NCBI GenBank assembly: GCA_963677495.2
Contig: CAXXOU010000004.1
Span: 1,376,001-1,440,000 of the forward strand
Length of the DNA: 64,000 nucleotides
Direction: 5' to 3'
From: Candidatus Cloacimonadales bacterium
GTDB taxonomy: Bacteria; Cloacimonadota; Cloacimonadia; Cloacimonadales; JAFGVF01
Below the pieces are notes generated by a model, which did no database searches, was not told where the DNA came from, and saw only the letters and a list, made by a program, of their open reading frames with translations. Both the position numbers and the translations under genes were made by a program. Of this stretch, positions 29,522-38,311 are shown piece after piece. The stretch's first letter is position 1, and each line of letters opens with the position of its first letter.

Positions 29522-30133
29522 TTACCACCTTACCTTTCTTATATCATCCATATTCCAGACTTCATCATGTGACACAATGATTACTGTATTTGGAAGAGAT
29601 ATAAAGTAGTCTCTTATTATCTCTTTAAGTTCTGTATTTAAAGCTGAAGTTATTTCATCGAGTAGATAGTATTCCCGCTTTAGTAGTCTCATCAATACTA
29701 TCCCTATACGCTGTTTCTCCCCACCAGACAGTTCAGTTGTATTCCTCTGTAGGATTGATTCTTCCAAATGTAACCCAGCTAAGAGATTCAGTACTTCCCT
29801 TTTTTTATAGGAAAGATGCTTATTAGCATGATAGCTGAATACGTTTTGAATGATATCTTCAACTCTACCTTTCTGAAAAGAAACTGATTGTGGTAAATAT
29901 GCGAACTTCTGTCGTAGTTGCGTAATCGACTCTTTGTTGAGTTCATCACTTCCAATCAGTATCGTTCCTGAATCCGGTTGTTTGAAACCCATAATGAGCT
30001 TCAATAAGGTAGTCTTACCACTTCCTGACCCCATATTCAATAGAACCTTTTCTCCTTTCTCAATCGAAAGGTTGAGATGGTTGAAGATATCCTTGGAACC
30101 GTATTTTAATGATATATCATCTATTTTTATCAA
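29522..30133 (-). CDS. ABC transporter ATP-binding protein (FetA-like)
   Basis: SGSGKTT, LSGGEKQR, LLDEITSAL, SHD. Confidence 0.85.
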   Translation of the reverse strand: MIKIDDISLKYGSKDIFNHLNLSIEKGEKVLLNMGSGSGKTTLLKLIMGFKQPDSGTILIGSDELNKESITQLRQKFAYLPQSVSFQKGRVEDIIQNVFSYHANKHLSYKKREVLNLLAGLHLEESILQRNTTELSGGEKQRIGIVLMRLLKREYYLLDEITSALNTELKEIIRDYFISLPNTVIIVSHDEVWNMDDIRKVRW

Positions 30134-30142
30134 TGTAATTTC

Positions 30143-30382
30143 CTAAATTAAGTTTTTAATCTCAGCTTTTCTTTCAGTTGAAAGATTATGCCATCTAATC
30201 CCCTGCTTTGCTCCTTCTAAAGCATATAATTTGTTTAGACATACCGAAAAACCACTTTCTTTAAGCTTCATAACCAGTTCTTCCAAGCTTATCAGGTTAA
30301 ACTCTTCAATTGAAGAAACTCCTGATACTGTCAATTCTTCAGCTAGAGTCTTCCCAATATTTTGTAAATCAGTTAACTTCAT
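30143..30382 (-). CDS. TfoX C-terminal domain protein
   Basis: L.DL.NIG..L...L...G, LYALEGA..G..W..L. Confidence 0.8.
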   Translation of the reverse strand: MKLTDLQNIGKTLAEELTVSGVSSIEEFNLISLEELVMKLKESGFSVCLNKLYALEGAKQGIRWHNLSTERKAEIKNLI

Positions 30383-30529
30383 AACTACTCCAAATAGTTT
30401 GATGATTTAGTAGCTAACTCAATCCTCTTTATCTGTCAAGTTAGATAAAACTCATTGTTCTTCATTTATTTGCTTTACAAAAATATAGAGAGCAAAATTC
30501 TTTCAAAAATATATAAACGGAAGGTTGAA

Positions 30530-31309
30530 ATGAGAAACATTTTAGTAGCCGGAAATTGGAAAATGAATAAGACTCCACAAGAAGCTGTAGAGTTTTTAAG
30601 CAGTCTTAGTAAATTTAGTAATGAAAACAACCATCCAGAAGTTGATGTCATGATTGCCCCGACTTATTTAGCTTTAACTGATTCAAAGAAAGCAGTTGAA
30701 GGCTCAAAGGTAAACATTGCAGGTCAGGATGTCAGCATGAACATAAATGGTGCCTTTACAGGTGAGATTTCAGCTTCAATGCTAAAATCAATCTCGGTAG
30801 ATATGTGTATAATCGGTCATTCGGAAAGACGATCGTATCATAACGAAACTGATTCCAAAGTATATAGAAAACTTCATGTCCTTCTTGCAAATGGGATAAC
30901 TCCTGTTGTTTGTGTTGGTGAAACTCTTGAGCAAAGAGAAGCCGGTGAGACAATGGAAGTTGTTATTGAGCAAATTGATGAGAGCTTAAATGACCTTAAC
31001 CTTGAAACAGGTAAAGAAGTAGTAATTGCTTACGAACCTGTTTGGGCTATCGGAACCGGTGTTACTGCTACTCCTGAACAAGCAGAAGAGGTACATGCTC
31101 TTATCAGAAGAAGACTTGCAAAGCGTTTCAGTCCTGAAATTGCTGATAATATGATTATTCTCTATGGTGGTAGTATGAAGCCTGCAAATATGAGAGAACT
31201 ACTTGCATGCCCCAACATTGATGGTGGCTTAATTGGTGGAGCTTCACTTAATATAGATAGCTTCACTGAAATGATAAAAATAGCGATAAGTGTTAAAGAG
31301 GAGAATTAA
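30530..31309 (+). CDS. tpiA: Triosephosphate isomerase
   Basis: AGNWKMN, GHSERR, AYEPVWAIGTG, YGGS, GGASL; start corrected to ATG 30530. Confidence 0.97.
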   Translation: MRNILVAGNWKMNKTPQEAVEFLSSLSKFSNENNHPEVDVMIAPTYLALTDSKKAVEGSKVNIAGQDVSMNINGAFTGEISASMLKSISVDMCIIGHSERRSYHNETDSKVYRKLHVLLANGITPVVCVGETLEQREAGETMEVVIEQIDESLNDLNLETGKEVVIAYEPVWAIGTGVTATPEQAEEVHALIRRRLAKRFSPEIADNMIILYGGSMKPANMRELLACPNIDGGLIGGASLNIDSFTEMIKIAISVKEEN

Positions 31310-32553
31310 TGCTTGATCTTAGATATATAAGAGAAAACAGAGAGCTTGTTAAACAAGCAATTATAAATAAAAAAGCCAAAGCTGATATTGATACAATTAT
31401 CGAGCTTGATGAACAAAAACGTAAGCTTCAGTTCGACTTCGACCAAAAGAAAGCCCATCAAAACAAAGTCTCAAAAGAGATTGGTATGCGTAAGCGTAAC
31501 AAAGAGAGTGCTGATGATCTTTTACAAGAGATGCAAAGCATTGCAGGTGCTATCAAGGAGATGAAGAAAGAGGTTGATGAGATTGATGCTAAACTCAATG
31601 AGCAACTTCTCTGGATACCAAACATCCCACATCCTGACGTACTCGTTGGGGGTGAAGAGGATAATGAAGTATTAAGCTATCACGGTGATAAACCTGAGTA
31701 TGCTTTTGATCCAAAAGACCATCTTGATTTAGCAGAAACAAACAAGCTTTTAGATCTTGAAAGAGGTGGAAAGATTTCAGGTAGTGGTTTCCCTGTTTAC
31801 ACCGGGAAAGGTGCCAGACTCGAACGTGCCCTTATCAACTTTATGCTTGATTATCAGGTTGAGAAGAATGGTTATGAAGAGGTTGCAGTACCACTTCTTG
31901 TTAATAGAGCTACAATGACGGGAACAGGCCAGCTTCCTAAGATGGAAGATGACATGTATAAGATGACAGAAGATGACCTTTTCCTCATCCCAACAGCTGA
32001 AGTACCGGTTACCAATATCTATGCTAATGAGATATTGAAAGGTGACAAGCTTCCTATATGCCATGTTGCAGCAACTGCATGTTTCAGAAGAGAAGCCGGT
32101 TCTTATGGTAAAGACACACGTGGTCTTCAGAGATTGCATCAGTTCAACAAAGTGGAGATGGTTCGCTTTGTACATCCTGACAACTCATATCAAGTTCTTG
32201 ATGAGATGGTTGAGAATGCTGAGAGTATCTTAAAAGCCCTTGGACTTCACTATAGAAAACTTAGACTTGCAACAGGTGACCTTAGTTTCGCTTCTGCCAT
32301 GACCTATGACTTAGAAGTTTGGGCTCCCGGAACTGGTAAATACCTTGAAGTTTCTTCAATCAGTAACTTCGTAGACTTCCAAGCTCGCAGAGCATCTATC
32401 AGATTCAGAGACAACGATGGTAAAGTTAAATTCGTTCATACCCTTAACGGATCTGGTCTTGCAACTCCAAGACTCTTCATCGCTCTCTTAGAGACATACC
32501 AACAAGAAGATGGAAGTTATAAGCTCCCTGATGTGTTGGATAAATATTTATAA
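31309..32553 (+). CDS. serS: Serine--tRNA ligase
   Basis: LIPTAEVP, FRREAG, HQFNKVE, HTLNGSGLA. Confidence 0.97.
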   Translation: MLDLRYIRENRELVKQAIINKKAKADIDTIIELDEQKRKLQFDFDQKKAHQNKVSKEIGMRKRNKESADDLLQEMQSIAGAIKEMKKEVDEIDAKLNEQLLWIPNIPHPDVLVGGEEDNEVLSYHGDKPEYAFDPKDHLDLAETNKLLDLERGGKISGSGFPVYTGKGARLERALINFMLDYQVEKNGYEEVAVPLLVNRATMTGTGQLPKMEDDMYKMTEDDLFLIPTAEVPVTNIYANEILKGDKLPICHVAATACFRREAGSYGKDTRGLQRLHQFNKVEMVRFVHPDNSYQVLDEMVENAESILKALGLHYRKLRLATGDLSFASAMTYDLEVWAPGTGKYLEVSSISNFVDFQARRASIRFRDNDGKVKFVHTLNGSGLATPRLFIALLETYQQEDGSYKLPDVLDKYL

Positions 32554-32576
32554 ACATTTCAGATAATATATTCACT

Positions 32577-32606
32577 AAAAGCTACTCATTTTGAGTAGCT
32601 TTTTTT
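32577..32606 (+). terminator. Intrinsic terminator after serS
   Basis: AAAAGCTACTCA/TGAGTAGCTTTT stem + T run. Confidence 0.85.
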
Positions 32607-32891
32607 ATTTATCCATGGAGTCATTGCTAGGTTCATCTGATTAAGGAAGTTTGCCGACTATTTCAGCACAGCAACTCAGTGAGTTGCATTACATGTAGGG
32701 AATGCAGCCTGCTTGCCCACAGCTCGATAGAGCTGTATTCCCCGCGACAAAACCTGATTATATTTTCTAAAGAACTTTAGTAATTTATACCAATTAACGT
32801 CAGTGGCAGAGCTTAGCTTCGCTAAGCGGACAAGCTGGCAGCATGTCCTACGGTTCGACGTGCAACGTCGATGTACTTCTCTGCCACAATT

Positions 32892-32975
32892 CCAATGAGA
32901 CACCTATTGAATGCCCGTTAGCTTCCCGTTAGATTCCCGTTACAGCAAATGGGTTTTGGATTGGTTTCTGATGGC
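32892..32975. repeat. 11-bp-period array, CCCGT family
   Basis: CCAAT 32892, CCTAT 32903, CCCGT 32914/32925/32936; inverted-type ATGGG 32949, ATTGG 32960, ATGGC 32971. Confidence 0.6.
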
Positions 32976-33268
32976 AAAGAGATACAAGTTAGATTTCTAC
33001 TAAGGCAGAGCAATTTATCGCTAAGTCCTCTTCTGTCCATCATGTCCACAAATCAGATAAAACCATACATATATCAGTCAATGATTGCAATATAATTACC
33101 CTCTCACTGCTCTATCATAATAAAGCATAGAAAACTGTCTGATTCTTGTAAGTCTCTTGGGGCTCCCTAGGGCAAAATCATTAGATACTGTCTTGAAAGG
33201 GAGTAGTATTTGATGGTATTATAATCCGAATTAAGATGGTCTGATGACAGGTTGATGTCTGATTCCCG

Positions 33269-33340
33269 ACCACGGGTTGACCACGGGTTAACCACGGCTC
33301 CCATGGTATGGGCGTGGTTTATCCGTGGTTATTGCGTGGT
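33269..33340. repeat. 11-bp-period palindromic array, CACGG/CCGTG family, copy 2
   Basis: CACGG at 33271, 33282, 33293; inverted cores at 33301, 33312, 33323, 33334. Confidence 0.85.
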
Positions 33341-33433
33341 AAGATATAGCAGAAGTGATAGAGAGATAGTAGAATTAATATCTTAATAAGTTGTATATGA
33401 ATAGATATTTGTTACTAAACGATTAGCTGTTTA

Positions 33434-33466
33434 TTATAAAAAGGCACGATTCTCGTGCCTTTATAA
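33434..33466 (-). terminator. Intrinsic terminator
   Basis: AAAGGCACGA/TCGTGCCTTT stem with A run on + strand side. Confidence 0.8.
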
Positions 33467-33482
33467 TAACTTTAAGTAAACT

Positions 33483-34403
33483 TTATTTCTTCTTACGACT
33501 CTTTTCATATTCCTTCTGACGTTTTCGACGAATCTTCTTCATCTTACGCTTATACTTACGAGTCTCTTCATAATCATAACGATGAATCTTTTTGAGTACC
33601 GGAATCACACCATGGCGAGGGTTGATTTCGTAGAAACGTTCCTCTACGAGTCGGTTTTCTACATCATAAAGGTTCTCGTGGAGAGCTGTCATTCTGTTTA
33701 AGCCATCATATGATACAACTCTTGAGATTTTTCCTCTATTATTATAGTCATAATTTGTATAAGCAACTAAACTATCTTTATATGTAAGTTTTCTTTCCTC
33801 TTCGATGAGACCAAGTTCATTATAACTCTTTTCATAATGGAGAACAGGTTCACCGAATTTATTCAGTTCTACTTTCTTAACTTCTCTACCGAAATCATTA
33901 AGTTCAGCCCTTGTAGTATAAAGAGGATGTTCCCCAACTTCATCATAAAATGATTCGACAATAACCTTTTCCACAGTATCTTTCACAGCGGTCACACGCT
34001 CAATAATGTTAGTATAACCACCATATCTAGTATAGGAATATTCTCCCATTCTATCATTCCAAATCTCTACTTCACGACCTTCAAGATCATTAAACTTGTT
34101 ATACTTAACTCGTTCTATAGTTCTTGGGTCGAAGGTTCTTTTATAGATTGTTTTAGAATCTACTGCTGTGTTTGCAAGAAATGAATCAATATGATCAATC
34201 TCACCTTTACTATTGAAGTAGCAATAATCTCTAGTATCGAGATACTCAGTATCCTGTCCGAAATCTTGAGTTACAATATAGACTCTTCTCACCAATCTTC
34301 TGATGCCATTATAATGTAATCCATTAAATGATGTATCAATTCTACTGGCAAAAATAGAACCAATCATCAGTACTAGTAAAACAACAAATAGAACTTTTCG
34401 CAT
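33483..34403 (-). CDS. Exported hypothetical protein with YD/RHS-like beta repeats and polybasic C-terminal tail
   Basis: Signal peptide; repeated Y(D/N)..G units; tail KYKRKMKKIRRKRQKEYEKSRKKK. Confidence 0.6.
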   Translation of the reverse strand: MRKVLFVVLLVLMIGSIFASRIDTSFNGLHYNGIRRLVRRVYIVTQDFGQDTEYLDTRDYCYFNSKGEIDHIDSFLANTAVDSKTIYKRTFDPRTIERVKYNKFNDLEGREVEIWNDRMGEYSYTRYGGYTNIIERVTAVKDTVEKVIVESFYDEVGEHPLYTTRAELNDFGREVKKVELNKFGEPVLHYEKSYNELGLIEEERKLTYKDSLVAYTNYDYNNRGKISRVVSYDGLNRMTALHENLYDVENRLVEERFYEINPRHGVIPVLKKIHRYDYEETRKYKRKMKKIRRKRQKEYEKSRKKK

Positions 34404-34412
34404 AATCACGCC

Positions 34413-35048
34413 CTAAAATCGTCTTTGCTTATCTGTCTTACGAAGTGAATCAATCAAAGTATCCATATCACCGACAGGTAATTCTGTTTTATCTTTATAA
34501 AGAAGTGAATCAATCACAACTTTACGTCCACGACTAATATTTAACTTCACTTCAGATTTAAGTTTCACCCTTGAACCTGATGGAGGAATTGTATTAATAA
34601 TATATCCTTGTGGAATCTGATCTGAAAAAGCTGAGTCTGCAATAGCATAAGTTAAGTTTAAATCTAACAGAGCATCCACAGACACAGGGATAGATTTATT
34701 TGTTAGATAAGGTACTTCAATAAGTCTAGGTCCCTTGCTAACAAAAACTTTCACAGATCCATCCTGTTTTATCTTATTATCGGATGTTGGTCTTTGCCTG
34801 ATTATATCACCTCTGTCGAAATCGTTACTATAATCATATGAAACGACATCAAGATGAATTCTGTTCTTTGAACAAATCTTTTGGGCTTTTTGCACATCAT
34901 AACCTACTAAAGAAGGTACTAATACCTCCTTTCCTTTCCCAACAGCTAATGGTAAAATCACTTTAGCAACTAAGAAAGCAGTAACTATAAGAATACCAAT
35001 CATCAAGCCCGTTGAAAGTAAAAATGCCTTTATTTTTGTAACGTTCAT
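34413..35048 (-). CDS. PASTA-domain membrane protein
   Basis: N-terminal TM; two VP.L...Q.P/T.P...V...VSKG units. Confidence 0.85.
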   Translation of the reverse strand: MNVTKIKAFLLSTGLMIGILIVTAFLVAKVILPLAVGKGKEVLVPSLVGYDVQKAQKICSKNRIHLDVVSYDYSNDFDRGDIIRQRPTSDNKIKQDGSVKVFVSKGPRLIEVPYLTNKSIPVSVDALLDLNLTYAIADSAFSDQIPQGYIINTIPPSGSRVKLKSEVKLNISRGRKVVIDSLLYKDKTELPVGDMDTLIDSLRKTDKQRRF

Positions 35049-35058
35049 TTAAACTCCG

Positions 35059-36381
35059 CTAGTTAGTCTTTTGCAGTTTTGCAGCGAATGCACCATCTAT
35101 ATTATGGATATGTGGTTTTGTCAAATAAAACTCTTCATCAGTGTATATAAATGGGACAAAATCACTCGCCGGTACTAGTTTAAAATTCTTATGAGTTTCT
35201 AGAAATCGCTTTATCTGCTTCTGATTTTCATCAGGATTTAGTGTGCAGGTTGAATAGATTAAATATCCACCTTTTCTGACAAATTGTGATCCATAATCTA
35301 GAGCCTTAGCCTGTAACTTTAGCATCTTCTTGATGTCCTGATGTTCTTGCCACCTTAACTCAGCTTTACGACCAAATACACCCCAACCGGAACATGGTAC
35401 ATCAAGTAAAACTTTATCATATGCAGGTGCTAATGGACCATATTTTAAAGCATCAGATACTACGGTTTTAATATTTGAAAGTTGAAGACGTTCTGCTGCT
35501 TGCTTTATCTTCTTTACTTTGGAGGGACTTTTATCAATCGCAATTACTTCACCAGTATTTCTGAGTTTTTCAGCAACAAACGTTGCTTTACCACCCGGTG
35601 CAGCAAACATATCCAAAATATTATCCTCAGGTTGTGGATCTACCAGAGCTACAACTCCTGCAGCTGCTGTATCTTGAATCGAGTAGTATCCCTCTGCAAA
35701 AGCTACATCTTGTAAGACTTCTCCTGCTGAATCGGTTACAAGTAGTTGTGGAACTAAATCACTAACTTTGAATTCTAGATTGTGTTTAGTTTTGAAATAG
35801 TTAATTAACTTGGGAATAGTTGTAGCTATTTCATTAACTCTTACATGAAGTTTTGGGATGTCATTGAAATATATAGCTAAGTATTCAGCTTCCTCCTCAC
35901 CCCAAAGCTCTACCCATTTCCTTACTATATCCTCAGGATAGGAGTGTTCAACCGATATACGTTTAATAGTATCGTTTGGGAACTTTATCCCTGGTGTTCT
36001 TAGATAGTTCCTTAAAACAGCATTAATGAAATCCCCTGTTCTTGGATTTAAACTCTTCTTTGCCAGCTCAACAGTTTCATTCACAGCTGCATACTCAGGA
36101 ACTGAATCCATGTATATTAACTGATATAGGCCAATATAAAGCCAAATCTTTATTTGTATATCTGTTTTGGGATATTTAGTTTTATCAGATAATGTTCCAG
36201 CAATATATTCTAAGTTGTTTCTCATTTTTATAACACCCTTGACAAGGGTGTAAAAGAGATTTGCATCACCATCTGCTTTTCGTATTTTATTTGAACTGGA
36301 ACGAAGTAATGAATCTGAAAACTCATTACTTTTAAGGACTTTTCGGATTACTTTATAAGCTTCTAATCTTTCGTTGATCAT
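35059..36381 (-). CDS. rsmB: 16S rRNA m5C967 methyltransferase
   Basis: NusB-like N-terminus, AAPGGK, LDVPCSG.G, YSTCT. Confidence 0.9.
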   Translation of the reverse strand: MINERLEAYKVIRKVLKSNEFSDSLLRSSSNKIRKADGDANLFYTLVKGVIKMRNNLEYIAGTLSDKTKYPKTDIQIKIWLYIGLYQLIYMDSVPEYAAVNETVELAKKSLNPRTGDFINAVLRNYLRTPGIKFPNDTIKRISVEHSYPEDIVRKWVELWGEEEAEYLAIYFNDIPKLHVRVNEIATTIPKLINYFKTKHNLEFKVSDLVPQLLVTDSAGEVLQDVAFAEGYYSIQDTAAAGVVALVDPQPEDNILDMFAAPGGKATFVAEKLRNTGEVIAIDKSPSKVKKIKQAAERLQLSNIKTVVSDALKYGPLAPAYDKVLLDVPCSGWGVFGRKAELRWQEHQDIKKMLKLQAKALDYGSQFVRKGGYLIYSTCTLNPDENQKQIKRFLETHKNFKLVPASDFVPFIYTDEEFYLTKPHIHNIDGAFAAKLQKTN

Positions 36382-36382
36382 T

Positions 36383-36982
36383 CTAACCTTTTCTATAAAG
36401 TTGCTTGATAGCGTCTTTAATCAAAACCTGAACATCTTCATATTCTTTCTGTTCAGTAAGTGTTTTTAAAGCCTTTCTTGCTTCATGTTTCATATAACCA
36501 AGATTTAATAATGCAGTTTCAGCAGACAAGAAAACTTCGTTGTTGATTACATTTGCAGGTAACTGCTCAAGACCATGAATTGAATCGACTTTGTCTTTCA
36601 GCTCAACGATAAGCTTTGCAGCTGTTTTCTTACCTAAACCGGGTACTGTTGAGATGGTCTTTGTATCACCTTCTAGGATTGAACTAACTATTCTGGCTAC
36701 CGGCAAAGTTGATAGAACTGCTACAGCGAGCTTTGGTCCTACACCGGAAGTAGATAGTAATAACCTGAACATCCTTCTCTCATTCAAATCAGCAAAACCA
36801 AACAATCTTACTGAATCTTGAGATTGATGGTAGTGAATATGTAGTTTAAACTTATTCTTAATCTGTGGTAACTTTTCAAAAGTGCTTACAGGTATCAATA
36901 CAAAGAAACCAATTCCATTAACATCTAAAACTGCATACTCCGGATTCTTTTCTGCGAGTATTCCTCTTAAATATTCATACAT
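36383..36982 (-). CDS. ruvA: Holliday junction DNA helicase subunit A
   Basis: DVNGIGF, LFGF, SGVGPK.A, PGLGKKTA...ELKDK. Confidence 0.95.
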   Translation of the reverse strand: MYEYLRGILAEKNPEYAVLDVNGIGFFVLIPVSTFEKLPQIKNKFKLHIHYHQSQDSVRLFGFADLNERRMFRLLLSTSGVGPKLAVAVLSTLPVARIVSSILEGDTKTISTVPGLGKKTAAKLIVELKDKVDSIHGLEQLPANVINNEVFLSAETALLNLGYMKHEARKALKTLTEQKEYEDVQVLIKDAIKQLYRKG

Positions 36983-36984
36983 AT

Positions 36985-37464
36985 TTATAAATCAAACTTT
37001 ACTTTATTGTAGTGGCATAAGGCAACAGCTAGAGCATCAAATGCATCTTCTGAGTTTGGTATATTCTTAAGTTTTAGCATCTGTTCAACCATGTACCTAA
37101 CTTGGTTTTTTGAAGCATTTCCATTGCCTGTTACAGCTTTCTTTACTTCTCTGGGTGAGTATTCGTAAAACTTGGTCTCATTTTGAGCAATAGCCAGAAG
37201 TATAACACCTCTGGCATGACCCAATGTAAAAGCGGACTGAATGTTCTTACCGTAGAATATTGATTCTACAGCAATAACGTCAGGATTGTATTCGTTAATA
37301 ATCTCATTAATCTTTGTATATATATGATTGATTCTTATATGTAAAGAATCATTAGCTTTTGTTTTAACAACATCAGCACCGGCAGCAACTATTGTTCTTC
37401 GGTCAAGGTCCAATAGACCATAACCACATTTTATACTGCCGGGATCTATGCCTAATATTACCAC
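36985..37464 (-). CDS. ruvC: Crossover junction endodeoxyribonuclease
   Basis: ILGIDPG, LGHARGV, GNGNASK.QV, D..DALAVALCH. Confidence 0.96.
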   Translation of the reverse strand: MVILGIDPGSIKCGYGLLDLDRRTIVAAGADVVKTKANDSLHIRINHIYTKINEIINEYNPDVIAVESIFYGKNIQSAFTLGHARGVILLAIAQNETKFYEYSPREVKKAVTGNGNASKNQVRYMVEQMLKLKNIPNSEDAFDALAVALCHYNKVKFDL

Positions 37465-37469
37465 AGATC

Positions 37470-38216
37470 CTATTCAGCTAATCGCTGCATTACTTCGTCA
37501 GAAATCTCGTAGTTTGAATAAACTTTTTGAACATCATCACAATCTTCAAGCATATCAATGAGTTTCATAAGCTTCTCAGCCACTTCATCAGCATTAACAG
37601 TAGATTTTGGAATCTTGGTTAGTTCTGCATGTTCACAGTTATACCCAATCTCTTCTGCTGCAGATAAGCAACTATGGAAATCACTATGTTCAGTATAAAC
37701 AAGAAATGTATCATCTTCAATAACTACATCTGCAGCACCTGCTTCTAAAAGCTCCATCATAACTTCATCTTCATCCAAATCACCCTTGGCAATTGTGAAG
37801 AAACCTTTGTTTTCAAAGTTCCATGACACTGCACCATTTTCAGCTAATGAGCCACCATACTTAGAGAAAGTATGTCTAACTTCTGCAACTGTTCTATTCT
37901 TATTATCTGTAAGACAATCAACAATAATAGCAACACCATTCTGCCCATAACCTTCATAGGTTATATGGTCATAGCTTACGCCTTCAAGTTCACCGGTACC
38001 ACGTTTGATAGCTTTCTGGATATTATCTTTTGGCATGTTGTTCTGTTTAGCTAAAGCTACAGCTGTACGAAGAGCAGGATTAGTTTCAATATCTCCCCCA
38101 CCTGATTTAGCTGCTACAATAATCTCTTTGACGATTCTAGTGAAAAGTTTTCCACGCTTAGCATCTGCTGCGCCTTTTTTATGTTTGATTGAGCTCCACT
38201 TATTATGTCCTGACAT
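37470..38216 (-). CDS. yebC: YebC/PmpR family protein
   Basis: MSGHNKWSSIKHKK, YEGYG, TDNKNRT, DDVQKVYSN. Confidence 0.95.
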   Translation of the reverse strand: MSGHNKWSSIKHKKGAADAKRGKLFTRIVKEIIVAAKSGGGDIETNPALRTAVALAKQNNMPKDNIQKAIKRGTGELEGVSYDHITYEGYGQNGVAIIVDCLTDNKNRTVAEVRHTFSKYGGSLAENGAVSWNFENKGFFTIAKGDLDEDEVMMELLEAGAADVVIEDDTFLVYTEHSDFHSCLSAAEEIGYNCEHAELTKIPKSTVNADEVAEKLMKLIDMLEDCDDVQKVYSNYEISDEVMQRLAE

Positions 38217-38242
38217 TCTATTACCTCGTTTGTATATTTATT

Positions 38243-38268
38243 AAAATCGGGAGGTATTTCTACCTCCC
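38243..38268 (-). terminator. Possible terminator after EF-G-like gene
   Basis: GGGAGGTA/TACCTCCC stem with short A tract. Confidence 0.5.
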
Positions 38269-38311
38269 TATATATTCTTTATAAGATCATAACTTGTAAA
38301 GTTATTTTTTA

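Noticed and set aside
32610..33430. tmRNA, RNase P RNA or T-box near serS/smpB
   Set aside because: No tRNA-like tmRNA ends or GAGGAAAGUCC signature seen, and the region is downstream, not upstream, of serS.
36383..37464. Missing ruvB as a defect
   Set aside because: ruvB is often unlinked from ruvCA; cannot be judged from one window.
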